Positions 27,121 to 36,687 of a DNA stretch of 64,000 nt are shown here, piece by piece. Numbering within the stretch: the first letter of the stretch is position 1; the number at the start of each line of letters is the position of its first letter. A program made the translations under genes and the position numbers. Source of the stretch: an uncultured Chloroflexia bacterium (GTDB taxonomy: Bacteria; Chloroflexota; Anaerolineae; Anaerolineales; UBA4823); contig CAWBUW010000002.1 of NCBI GenBank assembly GCA_963792075.1, positions 466,850 through 530,849 on the forward strand, read 5' to 3'. Below the pieces are notes generated by a model that saw only the letters and a program-made list of their open reading frames with translations, searched no databases and was not told the origin of the DNA.

Positions 27121-28458
27121 ATGGTTCAAAAGCAAGACCGCTGGTACCGTCGTTTGGCGGACTACCTGGTGACACTCTTGGGGTGGCTGGTGCCAGGGCT
27201 TGGCGTCAAACGTTATATTCTCTTGATCCTGGCAGGCACCACTCTGATTGGTGTTGGCCTGGCTGTTTTGATTCTGGATTTTTATCGCAACGCGCCTGAG
27301 ACCTGGTGGCTGCCTTTGGTGGCAGCGGCTTCGCTGCGCGGGTTCGCCAGGCCGGTGCGCGCCCTGATCTTCGGCAGCCTGGGCGTCGGGCTGATCCTGG
27401 TCGGCATGTGGGGGCTGAACCGCGCTCTGATGGCGCCTTACCGCCGGCCCGGAAGGCGGATGTTAGATGTGCTGACGCAGCACCGCAAGCGCGAGCGGGG
27501 TCCCCGCATCGTGGCAATGGGCGGCGGGCATGGTTTGTACAGCTTGCTGCGCGGCCTGAAGCAGTATACGCGCAACCTGACTGCGGTGGTCACGGTGGCT
27601 GACGACGGGGGCTCCTCGGGTAAGCTGCGCAGGTCGATGGGCATTTTGCCCCCCGGCGATATCCGCAACTGCCTGGCAGCAATGTCCAGCGAAGAAGCGC
27701 TGCTGGCGCAGCTTTTCCAATACCGCTTTCCAGAGGGGGACCATGGCCTGCAGGGGCATTCGTTTGGAAACTTGTTCATCACTGCCCTGACCGAGATCAC
27801 GGGTAGTTTTGAGGAAGCTGTGGCCGAGTCGGGGAAGGTGCTGGCTGTGCAAGGGCAGGTGCTGCCCGCTACCTTGCACGATGTGCGCCTGGTAGCTGAT
27901 ATTCGCCTGCCTTATGTCAGCTCTGACGTGCGTGTCGAAGGGGAAAGCCGCATCCCAGAAATGCCAGGGCAGATTAACCGGGTCTGGTTAGAGCCGAATG
28001 AACCGACGGCTTTCCCCGGAGTGATCCAGGCCTTGTTGGCCGCAGATCTGATCCTGGTTGGACCGGGCAGTCTGTATACCAGCATCTTACCCAACCTGCT
28101 GGTGCCAGATATCCTGGCGGCCATCCGCTCCAGCCGGGCGATGAAGGTGTATGTCTGCAACCTGGCCACGCAGCCGGGCGAAACGGATCATTTCAGCGCT
28201 GCCGATCATGTGCGCGCCCTGGTGGAACATGTGGGGGACGGCTTGTTCGATCTTGTGCTGGTCAACCAGCGTATGATGGGAACGCTGCCTGAGGGCGTGG
28301 AGTGGGTGCATTTGCAAGACGTATCTGAGATCCAGAGTGCAGTTTACCAGGCTGACCTGATCGACGAGAACATCCCCGGACGACATGATCCGGAGAAGCT
28401 GGGCAAAGTTCTGATGGAATTGCTTCAAGAACGCACCGGACCTCTGGTAGAATTGTAA
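27121..28458 (+). CDS. yvcK: YvcK/CofD-family gluconeogenesis factor with N-terminal TM helices
   Basis: UPF0052-like GGGHGL motif. The N-terminal ~100 aa are hydrophobic. Confidence 0.8.
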   Translation: MVQKQDRWYRRLADYLVTLLGWLVPGLGVKRYILLILAGTTLIGVGLAVLILDFYRNAPETWWLPLVAAASLRGFARPVRALIFGSLGVGLILVGMWGLNRALMAPYRRPGRRMLDVLTQHRKRERGPRIVAMGGGHGLYSLLRGLKQYTRNLTAVVTVADDGGSSGKLRRSMGILPPGDIRNCLAAMSSEEALLAQLFQYRFPEGDHGLQGHSFGNLFITALTEITGSFEEAVAESGKVLAVQGQVLPATLHDVRLVADIRLPYVSSDVRVEGESRIPEMPGQINRVWLEPNEPTAFPGVIQALLAADLILVGPGSLYTSILPNLLVPDILAAIRSSRAMKVYVCNLATQPGETDHFSAADHVRALVEHVGDGLFDLVLVNQRMMGTLPEGVEWVHLQDVSEIQSAVYQADLIDENIPGRHDPEKLGKVLMELLQERTGPLVEL

Positions 28459-28503
28459 GGTGTAAAATTTCACAATCCAACCAATCCATATAGGAGGTTT
28501 TCA

Positions 28504-29559
28504 ATGACAGTCAAAGTTGGTATCAATGGTTTCGGCCGCATTGGCCGCCAGGTGCTCAAAGCAATGCGAGATTTCCATGGCAGCGAATTGGAAATTGTCG
28601 CGTTCAATGACGTGGGTGACCTGCCCACTATGGCGCACCTGCTGAAATACGACTCGAACTATGGGCGTTTCAACGGCACGGTAGAAGTTGCTGCGGACGC
28701 TCTGGTCGTAGATGGTAAGCCGATCAAGGCTTTCAAGGAAACAGACCCGTCCAAGATTCCTTGGGGAGACCTGGGCGTCTCGATCGTGATCGAGTCCACC
28801 GGCATCTTTACCATCAAGAAAGATGGCGTCAACAAAAAGGGCAAAGTCGTCCTGGGGGCCGAGAACCACATCACCAAGGGCGGCGCGAAGAAAGTGATCA
28901 TTTCCGCCCCTGCAGAGGGTGAGGACCTGACGATCGTACTCGGTGTCAATGATGATAAATATGATCCTGCCAGGCATCACGTTGTGTCCAATGCCTCCTG
29001 CACCACCAACGGCCTCGCCCCGGCAGCCAAAGTTGTCAACGACAGCTTTGGCATCGTGCGCGGCATGATGGTGACCGTGCATGCGTACACGAACGATCAG
29101 AAGATCCTGGACCTGCCGCATTCTGATCTGCGCCGCGCCCGCGCCGCGGCGATGAGCATCATCCCCACCACCACCGGCGCTGCGAAAGCAGTCAAGCTGG
29201 TGATTCCCGATCTGGCCGGCAAGCTGGATGGGTACGCGCTGCGCGTCCCTACCTCGACCGTGTCGGTGATCGACCTGACCGTTGAGATGGCTAAAGCCAC
29301 CACCACCGAAGCGCTGCGCCAGGCATTCCGCGATGCTGCGGCTGGCCCGATGAAGGGCATCCTGCAGGCAGTCGATGAGCCCCTGGTCAGCATCGACTTC
29401 AAGGGTGACCCGCACTCCTCCTCGGTGGACATGGGCTTCACCACTGTCCTGGGCAAGGAAGCCGGCACCATGGCCAAGATCGTGGCCTGGTACGACAACG
29501 AGTGGGGCTACTCCGTTCGCACCGCTGACCTGGCCGCCCTCATGGCCAAGTCCCTCTAG
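28504..29559 (+). CDS. gap: glyceraldehyde-3-phosphate dehydrogenase
   Basis: INGFGRIGR and SNASCTTN motifs. AGGAGG before the ATG. Confidence 0.95.
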   Translation: MTVKVGINGFGRIGRQVLKAMRDFHGSELEIVAFNDVGDLPTMAHLLKYDSNYGRFNGTVEVAADALVVDGKPIKAFKETDPSKIPWGDLGVSIVIESTGIFTIKKDGVNKKGKVVLGAENHITKGGAKKVIISAPAEGEDLTIVLGVNDDKYDPARHHVVSNASCTTNGLAPAAKVVNDSFGIVRGMMVTVHAYTNDQKILDLPHSDLRRARAAAMSIIPTTTGAAKAVKLVIPDLAGKLDGYALRVPTSTVSVIDLTVEMAKATTTEALRQAFRDAAAGPMKGILQAVDEPLVSIDFKGDPHSSSVDMGFTTVLGKEAGTMAKIVAWYDNEWGYSVRTADLAALMAKSL

Positions 29560-29593
29560 ACTACTTACACGATCTGCGCTGCTTGATTCTTTC

Positions 29594-29702
29594 GGTTTAT
29601 TGGGAGTTGCCGTGGCAGCGGGCAAATGTGGGGATGTTTTGCGGGCAAAGCCCGCAAAACATCCCCACAGAACCGCTCCATTACGGCGATTCCAAGAGAG
29701 TT
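29594..29702 (+). mobile_element. family 1 element, copy B (109 bp)
   Basis: Same length and termini as copy A. Flanks are ATTCTTTC and ATTTTTTC. Lies in the gap-pgk spacer. Confidence 0.7.
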
Positions 29703-29741
29703 ATTTTTTCCGAGTTGAGCAGCGCAGATTTTGGAGGCTCC

Positions 29742-30917
29742 ATGTTCAACAAAAAGACTATTCGTGATATCAATCCCGCGGGGAAGCGCATCCTGGTGCG
29801 CGTAGATTACAACGTGCCCATCAAAGACGGCAAAGTGAGCGACGATACACGTATCCGCGCGGCCATGCCCACGTTGAACTACCTGCTGGAAAAGGGTGCG
29901 GCCCTGATCCTGTGCTCACACCTGGGCCGGCCCAAAGGCGGACCGGATCCCAAGTATTCCCTCAAGCCGGTGGCAGATTACCTCAGCGGTTTGCTGGGCA
30001 AGCCGGTGGCCTTCGCCGAGGACTGCATTGGCCCGGTCGCTGAAGCGGCTGCCAAGGCGCTCAAGTCTGGCGATGTGCTGCTGCTCGAAAATACCCGCTT
30101 CCACCCGGAAGAGGAGAAGAACAACGAGGATATGGCCAAGCAGTTGGCCGGGTTGGCAGACCTGTACGTCAACGACGCTTTTGGATCGGCACACCGCGCC
30201 CATGCTTCGACAGAGGGCGTGGCGCATTTCCTGCCTGCTGTAGCTGGTCTGCTCATGGAAGAAGAAATCCGCTACCTGGGCCAGGCGATTGCCAACCCCA
30301 AGCGGCCGTTCATCGCCATCCTGGGCGGCGCTAAGATCAGTGATAAAATCGGCGTGATCAAGAACTTGCTGACCAAGGCCGACAAGGTGCTGATTGGCGG
30401 CGGCATGGCGAACACCTTCTTCAAGGCGCAGGGCATCTCCATGGCCAACTCGCTGGTAGAGGCGGAAGCGCTGGAAACGGCAAAGGAGATCCTCAAAGAT
30501 GCCGGCTCCAAGCTGCAGCTACCCGTCGACATGGTGATCGCAGATAAGTTCGAGGCAGAAGCCGCGAGCAAGACCGTGCCCGTAGGCCCGGTGCCGGATG
30601 GCTGGCGCATCCTCGACGTGGGTCCCGCAACAGTGACTGCCTTTGGCAAGGCGCTGAAGGGGGCAGGCACGGTGGTGTGGAACGGCCCGATGGGCGTGTT
30701 CGAGTTCCCCCGCTTTGCCCAGGGCACCTTCGGGGTGGCTAAAGCTGTGGCAGAATGCGGCGCGGTTTCGATCATCGGCGGCGGCGATTCGGTTGCCGCA
30801 GTTGCGCAAGCTGGCCTGGAGAAGCAGATCACGCACATTTCCACGGGCGGCGGCGCTTCCCTGGAAATGCTCGAAGGCCTGGTGCTGCCCGGCCTGGCTG
30901 CGCTGCGAGATAAATAG
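29742..30917 (+). CDS. pgk: phosphoglycerate kinase
   Basis: [10 protein letters not shown]...RVDYNVP. GGAGG lies 4 nt before the ATG. The ORF-track start at 29583 reads through the repeat. Confidence 0.95.
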   Translation: MFNKKTIRDINPAGKRILVRVDYNVPIKDGKVSDDTRIRAAMPTLNYLLEKGAALILCSHLGRPKGGPDPKYSLKPVADYLSGLLGKPVAFAEDCIGPVAEAAAKALKSGDVLLLENTRFHPEEEKNNEDMAKQLAGLADLYVNDAFGSAHRAHASTEGVAHFLPAVAGLLMEEEIRYLGQAIANPKRPFIAILGGAKISDKIGVIKNLLTKADKVLIGGGMANTFFKAQGISMANSLVEAEALETAKEILKDAGSKLQLPVDMVIADKFEAEAASKTVPVGPVPDGWRILDVGPATVTAFGKALKGAGTVVWNGPMGVFEFPRFAQGTFGVAKAVAECGAVSIIGGGDSVAAVAQAGLEKQITHISTGGGASLEMLEGLVLPGLAALRDK

Positions 30918-31000
30918 TTCCGGATAATAACCAGGGGCGGGTCTATGGATCCGCCCCCGGCTGCTTACAGGCATTAGGCTTACCCCACAAGGAACAAACA

Positions 31001-31780
31001 ATGCGACTACCTTTTGTAGCTGGAAACTGGAAAATGTATAAGACGATTGCCGAAACCCGGCACCTCGTCTCTGAATTGGTCCCCGGATTGCAGGCCGTGC
31101 AGGGTGTGGAAAAAGTGATTTGCCCGCCCTTTACCGTCCTGCTGGCTGCTTCTGCGCTATTGGAAGGGACGGATATTGGCCTGGGGGCGCAGAATATGCA
31201 TTGGGAAGCGCAGGGGGCGTTCACGGGTGAGATTTCTCCGCCCATGGTCGCCGAAATCTGCCGCTACGTGATCCTGGGTCATTCTGAACGGCGCACATAC
31301 TTTGGCGAAACAGACGAGACTGTCAATATGAAAGCGCGGGCTGCATTGAAACACGGCCTGCTGCCCATCGTTTGTGTGGGCGAGACGCTGACCGAAAACG
31401 AAGCCGGTCGCACGGCAGATGTCGTTTCACGCCAAATGCGCGATGGCCTGGCCGGCCTGGCGTTCCCTACTGAAGACGTGGCGGCAACGCCCCTGGTGAT
31501 CGCTTATGAGCCGGTGTGGGCAATTGGCACCGGGCGGGCAGCGACTGCCGAGGGCGCCAATGCCGTTGTGGCGGATGTGATCCGTTCCGTGTTGGCCGAA
31601 CGTTTTGGCGCCTCGATCGCCCAGGCGGTGCGTGTGCTGTACGGCGGCTCGGTGAAAGCGGATAACGCCGCGGAGTTCTTTGCCCAGCCGGATATCGATG
31701 GGGCGTTGGTGGGCGGCGCCAGCCTGAAAGCTGGCGAGTTCATCCGCATCACCCAGGCTGCTGCCAACCCTCACGCTTGA
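31001..31780 (+). CDS. tpiA: triose-phosphate isomerase
   Basis: AGNWKM and AYEPVWAIGTG motifs. Confidence 0.95.
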   Translation: MRLPFVAGNWKMYKTIAETRHLVSELVPGLQAVQGVEKVICPPFTVLLAASALLEGTDIGLGAQNMHWEAQGAFTGEISPPMVAEICRYVILGHSERRTYFGETDETVNMKARAALKHGLLPIVCVGETLTENEAGRTADVVSRQMRDGLAGLAFPTEDVAATPLVIAYEPVWAIGTGRAATAEGANAVVADVIRSVLAERFGASIAQAVRVLYGGSVKADNAAEFFAQPDIDGALVGGASLKAGEFIRITQAAANPHA

Positions 31781-31827
31781 TCTCGGCATTTGGTCTGTTT
31801 TAGCGTTGTGCGGTTGAAATAATCGTC

Positions 31828-32592
31828 ATGATCCCTGCTTATACCGAGGGCATATTCCTGCTTCTACTGCTCTTGGTGCCGTTTTTATTTCTGCAGCGCA
31901 GCCTGCATCGTGAGGTGCAGGCTTTTTTCCTTTTGTTGACCCGCCGGCAGGACTTTTCGCTGGTGATCTTTTCCCTGCTGTTCTTCCCAGGGGTCCTGCT
32001 GCACGAAACCAGCCATTTTTTAATGGCGCGCCTGCTCAACGTGCGGACAGGACGTTTTTCGATGATCCCGCGCCCGCTGCCGGGTGGGCGGCTGCAGTTG
32101 GGCTATGTGGAAACGGCGCAAACAGATTTTCTACGCGACTCGTTGATCGGCATAGCCCCGCTGCTTGTGGGAGGATGTGTTGTGGTCTATGTCGGGTTGG
32201 TGCCTCTGGGCCTGGATGCCTTGTGGCAGTCCTGGACGGTGGGAACCCTGAACGCGTTGCTCCAGGCGCTGCGCCAGGTGTACCAGCAGCCGGATTTTTG
32301 GCTATGGTTCTACCTGGCATTCACCGTCAGCAGTACCATGCTGCCCTCTGCTTCTGACCGGCGGGCCTGGTTACCAATGGCAATCGCGCTCCTCCTGTTG
32401 TTCGGCTTCAGCCTGGCGGCAGGGGCAGGGCCCTGGATGGCAGAGCACCTGGCTCCTGCTCTGAACAGCGCCTTGCAAGCCCTGGACCTGGCGATTGGCA
32501 TCAGCATGCTGCTGCATGTGTTCCTGCTCCCCCTCGTTTGGGGGGCGCGCAAGGGCCTGTCTCGCCTGACCGGCCTTAGTGTGGGTTTTTAA
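31828..32592 (+). CDS. polytopic membrane protein with an HExxH motif (putative intramembrane metalloprotease)
   Basis: LHETSHFLMARLL lies within or beside a TM helix; 254 aa. Confidence 0.55.
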   Translation: MIPAYTEGIFLLLLLLVPFLFLQRSLHREVQAFFLLLTRRQDFSLVIFSLLFFPGVLLHETSHFLMARLLNVRTGRFSMIPRPLPGGRLQLGYVETAQTDFLRDSLIGIAPLLVGGCVVVYVGLVPLGLDALWQSWTVGTLNALLQALRQVYQQPDFWLWFYLAFTVSSTMLPSASDRRAWLPMAIALLLLFGFSLAAGAGPWMAEHLAPALNSALQALDLAIGISMLLHVFLLPLVWGARKGLSRLTGLSVGF

Positions 32593-32624
32593 ACGGGTGC
32601 CGCTGGCTTGCTTGTGGTACAATC

Positions 32625-32633
32625 ACAAACGCT
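32625..32633 (+). promoter_or_regulatory. candidate extended -10 promoter of the NusG-like gene
   Basis: TGGTACAAT, 14 nt upstream of the ATG at 32648. Confidence 0.3.
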
Positions 32634-32647
32634 TATTGAAATAATAT

Positions 32648-33153
32648 ATGGATTCCCACTGGTACGCCCTCCGTTGTAAACCCCGTAAGGAAGAGGTGGT
32701 CTGGAAGCAGGTGAGCGATCAAGGGTTTGAGGTGTTTTATCCCCGTTTACGGGTGAATCCGGTGAACCCTCGCGCCCGAAAGATAAAACCTTATTTTCCG
32801 GGCTACCTTTTTGTTCGCCTGGATTTGGCCGTCCTGGGAACTTCTGCTTTCCAATGGATGCCTCACACAATAGGGCTGGTTTCCTTCGGCGGTGAACCTG
32901 CTGCCGTGCCAGATAACCTGATCTTTGCTGTGCGCAAGCGAGTAGAAGAAATCGCAGAGGTGGGGGGGAAATATTTGATGGGCTAAAATCGGGTGATGCG
33001 GTTTCGATTGATTATGGGCCCTTCAGGGGTTATGAGGCTATCTTCGATGCTCGTGTCCCCGGCAGTGAACGTGTGAAAGTGATGCTGATCTGGCTGGATT
33101 CCCGCCAGATCCCGGTAGAATTGGATGTATCCAGTATCCGCCAAAAGAAGTAG
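32648..33153 (+). pseudogene. NusG/RfaH-like transcription antiterminator paralog, split at a G7 run (possibly a sequencing indel)
   Basis: The NGN domain (WYALRCKPRKEE...) stops at 32984-32986. The KOW domain (LKSGDAVSIDYGPFRGYEAIF...) continues in another frame to TAG 33151-33153. One extra G at 32962-32968 joins them. Confidence 0.8.
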
Positions 33154-33205
33154 AGTTCGGGCGAAGTGGGTAAATGCCTGAAAATATAAGATTGGAGAGC
33201 TGAAA

Positions 33206-34269
33206 ATGAAAAAAGCTTTAATCACAGGTATTACTGGACAGGACGGCTCGTACCTGGCTGAGTTGTTATTGTCCAAAGAGTATGAAGTTCATGGGATGAT
33301 CCGCCGGGCGAGCACCTTCAATACTCGCCGCATTGACCATCTCTACAACGATCCGCATAACAAGGTGAACCTTTATTTGCATTACGGTGACCTGGCCAGC
33401 GGCGGTTCCTTGACCGACATGGTCTATTCGATCCAGCCAGATGAGATTTATAATTTGGCTGCGCAATCTCACGTGCGCGTGAGCTTTGATCTGCCCGATT
33501 ATACGGGAGACATTACCGGCCTGGGCACCATCCGTTTGTTGGAAGCAATACGCAAGAGTGGGATCAAGACCCGTATGTACCAGGCTTCATCCAGCGAGAT
33601 GTTCGGCAGCGCCAGGCCCCCGCAGAGCGAGACGACAGCTTTCGAGCCCCAGAGCCCCTACGCAGCCGCCAAGGTTTATTCCTATTGGGTGACGCGGAAT
33701 TACCGCCAGGGCTATCAGATGTTTGCTTCGAACGGGATTTTATTCAACCACGAGTCCCCCGTCGCGGCGAAACCTTCGTTACCCGGAAAATTACGCGTGC
33801 CCTGGCTGCGATCAAGGCCGGCAAACAGGATTTCCTCTACCTGGGCAACCTGGATTCCAAGCGTGACTGGGGCTACGCACCTGACTATGTGGCAGCCATG
33901 TGGAAGATGATGGAGCAGGATCATGCCGATGATTTTGTCATTGGCACAGGTGAATCGCACTCGATCCGGGAATTCCTGGATGAATCCTTTGGCTACGTGG
34001 ATATGGATTGGCACCAGTATGTGCGCATCGATCCCAAGTACTTCCGCCCAACTGAGGTGGATTATTTGCAGGCAGATCCCGCCAAAGCGCGCCAGAATTT
34101 AGACTGGGAACCGCGCGTTTTCTTCAAAGACCTGGTGCGTATCATGGTGGATGCTGACCTGGAGCTGGAGGGCCTGGAGTCTCCCGGTGAAGGCAAGAAA
34201 CTGTTGGAAGTTCACCATGGCAAATGGCACCGTTGGGACTCACAGGTTGTGAGCATGGAGCGCCCATAA
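33206..34269 (+). pseudogene. gmd: GDP-mannose 4,6-dehydratase, split at a C5 run (possibly a sequencing indel)
   Basis: [12 protein letters not shown]...NHESP in one frame, then [12 protein letters not shown]... in the next. One extra C at 33756-33760 restores it. Confidence 0.85.
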
Positions 34270-34288
34270 AGTGTTCCAGAACCACTGA

Positions 34289-34330
34289 AGGGGTGCACTA
34301 AAAAGTTGTTGGTATGTGTGTGCGCGGGAA
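34289..34330 (+). repeat. truncated left half of a family 2 element
   Basis: GGGGTGCACTAAAAAGTTGTTGGTATGTGTGTGCGCGGG matches the left arm of 8713-8803 and the 1294 hairpin. No right arm is present. Confidence 0.5.
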
Positions 34331-34339
34331 GGTGGATAA

Positions 34340-34459
34340 TGTCTGATCAAAAGTTCAAACTCTCAGAAGATTGGCTGGCGGTTATCCTGGCATTTGTCTT
34401 GATCTTGCTGTCCGCCATTGGCGTGTTAGGCAAAAACGGCATCCCAATCAAGTTCTGAA
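34340..34459 (+). CDS. small single-TM protein (39 aa), absent from the ORF track
   Basis: AAGGTGG before the ATG. MSDQKFKLSEDWLAVILAFVLILLSAIGVLGKNGIPIKF. Lies 18 nt upstream of the transporter gene. Confidence 0.35.
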
Positions 34460-34477
34460 AGGTACCAGGAGGCAGGC

Positions 34478-35554
34478 ATGAACGAGAAGATAAAAACAGA
34501 GCAGCCTGATAACCGCACCATTCAGACGGTAGCCGGGCTTCTGGTGGTGGTGGTCCTTTCCATCATAGCCTGGTGGGTAACGAATTGGGTTTACCAGATC
34601 AAGCTTCCCTGGGGCATCCCAGGGAAAGCCTTGGAATACCCGTTATGGGCGGCACTGATGGGGCTTCTGGGGAACGTGGTGCTGAAATTAACAGGCTGGC
34701 ACGCTTACCTCCGGCCGGGTATGCGCACCGAGTTGTTTTTGAAAACCGGCCTGGTCTTGTTGGGCGCGGGGATTAACCTGGCGGTCCTGGTAAGCTACGG
34801 CTCGCTAGCTGCGCTGCAAGGGTTGATCATGATCACCAGTGTGTTCTTCTTCAGTTGGTGGCTGGGTGGGCGTTTTGGCCTGGATGATAAGCTGCGCGCG
34901 GTGATGTCCACAGCCGTCTCGGTCTGCGGTGTTTCAGCGGCGATTGCTGCGGCCGGTTCGGTGCTGGCGAAAAAAGAGCAGGTGACTTACGTAACCACGC
35001 TGGTCATCCTTACCGCGCTGCCGCTCATGGTATTTGCGCCTCTGGCAGCCGGCGCCATGCAGCTTCCTGAGCCGGTGGCTGGCGCCTGGTTCGGTGGCAA
35101 TATTGACACCACGGCCGCGGTGGTGGGCGCCGGGACGATCTATGGCGAAAAGGCCCAGGAAACCGCAACGATTGTCAAGACCACCCAAAACGCCTTGATC
35201 GGCGTGGTGGCTTTTTTGCTCGCCTTATATTTTGCTCTACATAGCGGCGAAACTGCGGGGAAACGCCCCTCCATAAAGCTGATCTGGGATCGTTTTCCGA
35301 AGTTTGTGCTCGGTTTTGTGCTCGCTTCGATCTTGTTTTCGGTGCACATGATTGACGGTGGCAAGGGTACCGCGATTGAAGCGCTGAAGAACTGGGCTTT
35401 CACCCTGGCTTTTGTCTCGATGGGCCTGGAGATGTCCACCAGTGACCTTAAGAGCATGGGCTGGCGACCGCTGGCAGTATTCTTGATCGTGACCGTCTTC
35501 AATACGCTTCTGGCGTTGGGTGTAGCCTGGGCATTATTTGGTGGGCAGGGATAA
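34478..35554 (+). CDS. YeiH/UPF0324 family membrane protein (putative sulfate exporter family)
   Basis: 358-aa polytopic protein with family-like composition. AGGAGG before the ATG. Confidence 0.65.
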   Translation: MNEKIKTEQPDNRTIQTVAGLLVVVVLSIIAWWVTNWVYQIKLPWGIPGKALEYPLWAALMGLLGNVVLKLTGWHAYLRPGMRTELFLKTGLVLLGAGINLAVLVSYGSLAALQGLIMITSVFFFSWWLGGRFGLDDKLRAVMSTAVSVCGVSAAIAAAGSVLAKKEQVTYVTTLVILTALPLMVFAPLAAGAMQLPEPVAGAWFGGNIDTTAAVVGAGTIYGEKAQETATIVKTTQNALIGVVAFLLALYFALHSGETAGKRPSIKLIWDRFPKFVLGFVLASILFSVHMIDGGKGTAIEALKNWAFTLAFVSMGLEMSTSDLKSMGWRPLAVFLIVTVFNTLLALGVAWALFGGQG

Positions 35555-35597
35555 TCTTAGGACCTGACCGAAAGGGATATTGGGGAGAGGAGTTTAA

Positions 35598-36683
35598 GTG
35601 AGGAATATTTTAGTGACAGGCGGCGCGGGGTTTATCGGCTCGAACTTTGTGCGCTTTATCCAGCAAGCTGAGCCAGACGTACAGGTCGTCAACCTGGATG
35701 TACTGACCTATGCCGGCAGTCTGGAAAACTTGAAGGACTTGCCTGTTCCTGAAAAGCACGTCTTTATTCAGGGCGATATTTGCGACCGCGCCCTGCTGGA
35801 GAGCCTGCTGCGCCAGTATCAGATCGATACCGTGGTGCACTTTGCCGCCGAGACGCATGTAGATCGCTCGATCCTCGGCCCGGGGCAGTTCATCCAAACG
35901 AACATCATTGGGACTTTTACGCTGCTCGAAGCAGTGCGCCAGTACTGGTTGAGCGAAAAGGCGCTCAAGGGCGCTCCGGTACGCTTCCATCATATTTCCA
36001 CCGACGAAGTTTTTGGTTCGCTGGATTCAGACGCGCCGGCCTGGACCGAAGAGACCCCTTACGCACCCAATTCACCTTATGCTGCTTCGAAAGCGGCCAG
36101 TGACCACCTGGTTCGTTCTTATGGGCATACCTACGGGCTGCCCTACTCGATTTCGAACTGTTCTAACAATTATGGCCCTTACCAGTTCCCGGAAAAATTG
36201 ATCCCGCTGATGATTTTAAACGCGTATCACGGAGAACCGCTGCCCATCTATGGGGATGGAGGCCAGATCCGAGATTGGCTGTACGTGGAAGACCACTGCG
36301 AAGCGATCTGGCGGATTCTGAGCAAGGGGCACCCGGGGCAGACCTATAACATCGGCGGTGGAGCTCAGCCTACCAACCTATTGGTTATCGAGCAGTTATG
36401 CAGCCAGATGGATGAGCTCTATCCCGATTCGCCGCATGCGCCCCACCGGTCGTTAATGCGCTTTGTAGCCGATCGTCCTGGCCATGACCGGCGGTATGCG
36501 ATCGATTTTGGGAAAATTCAGCAAGAGTTAGGTTGGCAGCCGCGCCAGTCGTTTGGCAGTGGTCTGCAGAAAACGGTGGCCTGGTACCTGGACCATCCTG
36601 ATTGGGTGGCGAAGGCCCAGCAGCAGGGTGATTACAAGGCTTGGGTGCAGCGCAATTATACGCAGAGAGAATCGGAGAATTGA
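35598..36683 (+). CDS. rfbB: dTDP-glucose 4,6-dehydratase
   Basis: [12 protein letters not shown] and [15 protein letters not shown] motifs. GTG start after GAGGAG. Confidence 0.9.
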   Translation: MRNILVTGGAGFIGSNFVRFIQQAEPDVQVVNLDVLTYAGSLENLKDLPVPEKHVFIQGDICDRALLESLLRQYQIDTVVHFAAETHVDRSILGPGQFIQTNIIGTFTLLEAVRQYWLSEKALKGAPVRFHHISTDEVFGSLDSDAPAWTEETPYAPNSPYAASKAASDHLVRSYGHTYGLPYSISNCSNNYGPYQFPEKLIPLMILNAYHGEPLPIYGDGGQIRDWLYVEDHCEAIWRILSKGHPGQTYNIGGGAQPTNLLVIEQLCSQMDELYPDSPHAPHRSLMRFVADRPGHDRRYAIDFGKIQQELGWQPRQSFGSGLQKTVAWYLDHPDWVAKAQQQGDYKAWVQRNYTQRESEN

Positions 36684-36687
36684 AGAA

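Noticed and set aside
28501-29625. 374-aa minus-strand ORF over gap, and similar long antisense ORFs at 43344-44300, 40585-41145 and 62834-63622
   Set aside because: The same codon-aligned shadow-ORF artefact opposite strongly supported genes. No RBS and no recognisable domains.
29583-29741. N-terminal extensions of ORF-track genes that read through repeats (pgk from 29583, epimerase to 61664, nucleotidyltransferase to 60612, HEPN-like to 56781, ugd from 36553)
   Set aside because: The extensions translate hairpin or repeat DNA, or the end of the upstream gene. Internal ATGs with good Shine-Dalgarno sequences give canonical N-termini (for example MFNKKTIRD for pgk).
27121-31780. The yvcK-gap-pgk-tpiA arrangement with a divergent ROK kinase, considered as something unusual
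   Set aside because: Clustering of central glycolytic genes with YvcK-family and sugar-kinase genes is ordinary operon organisation. Only the inserted element in the gap-pgk spacer is noteworthy, and it is reported separately.
33160-33171. GGCGAAGTGGGT downstream of the NusG-like gene as a possible ops-like recruitment site
   Set aside because: Only the first four bases and scattered positions match the E. coli ops consensus GGCGGTAGnnTG. A single weak match cannot be evaluated without an alignment of related leaders.
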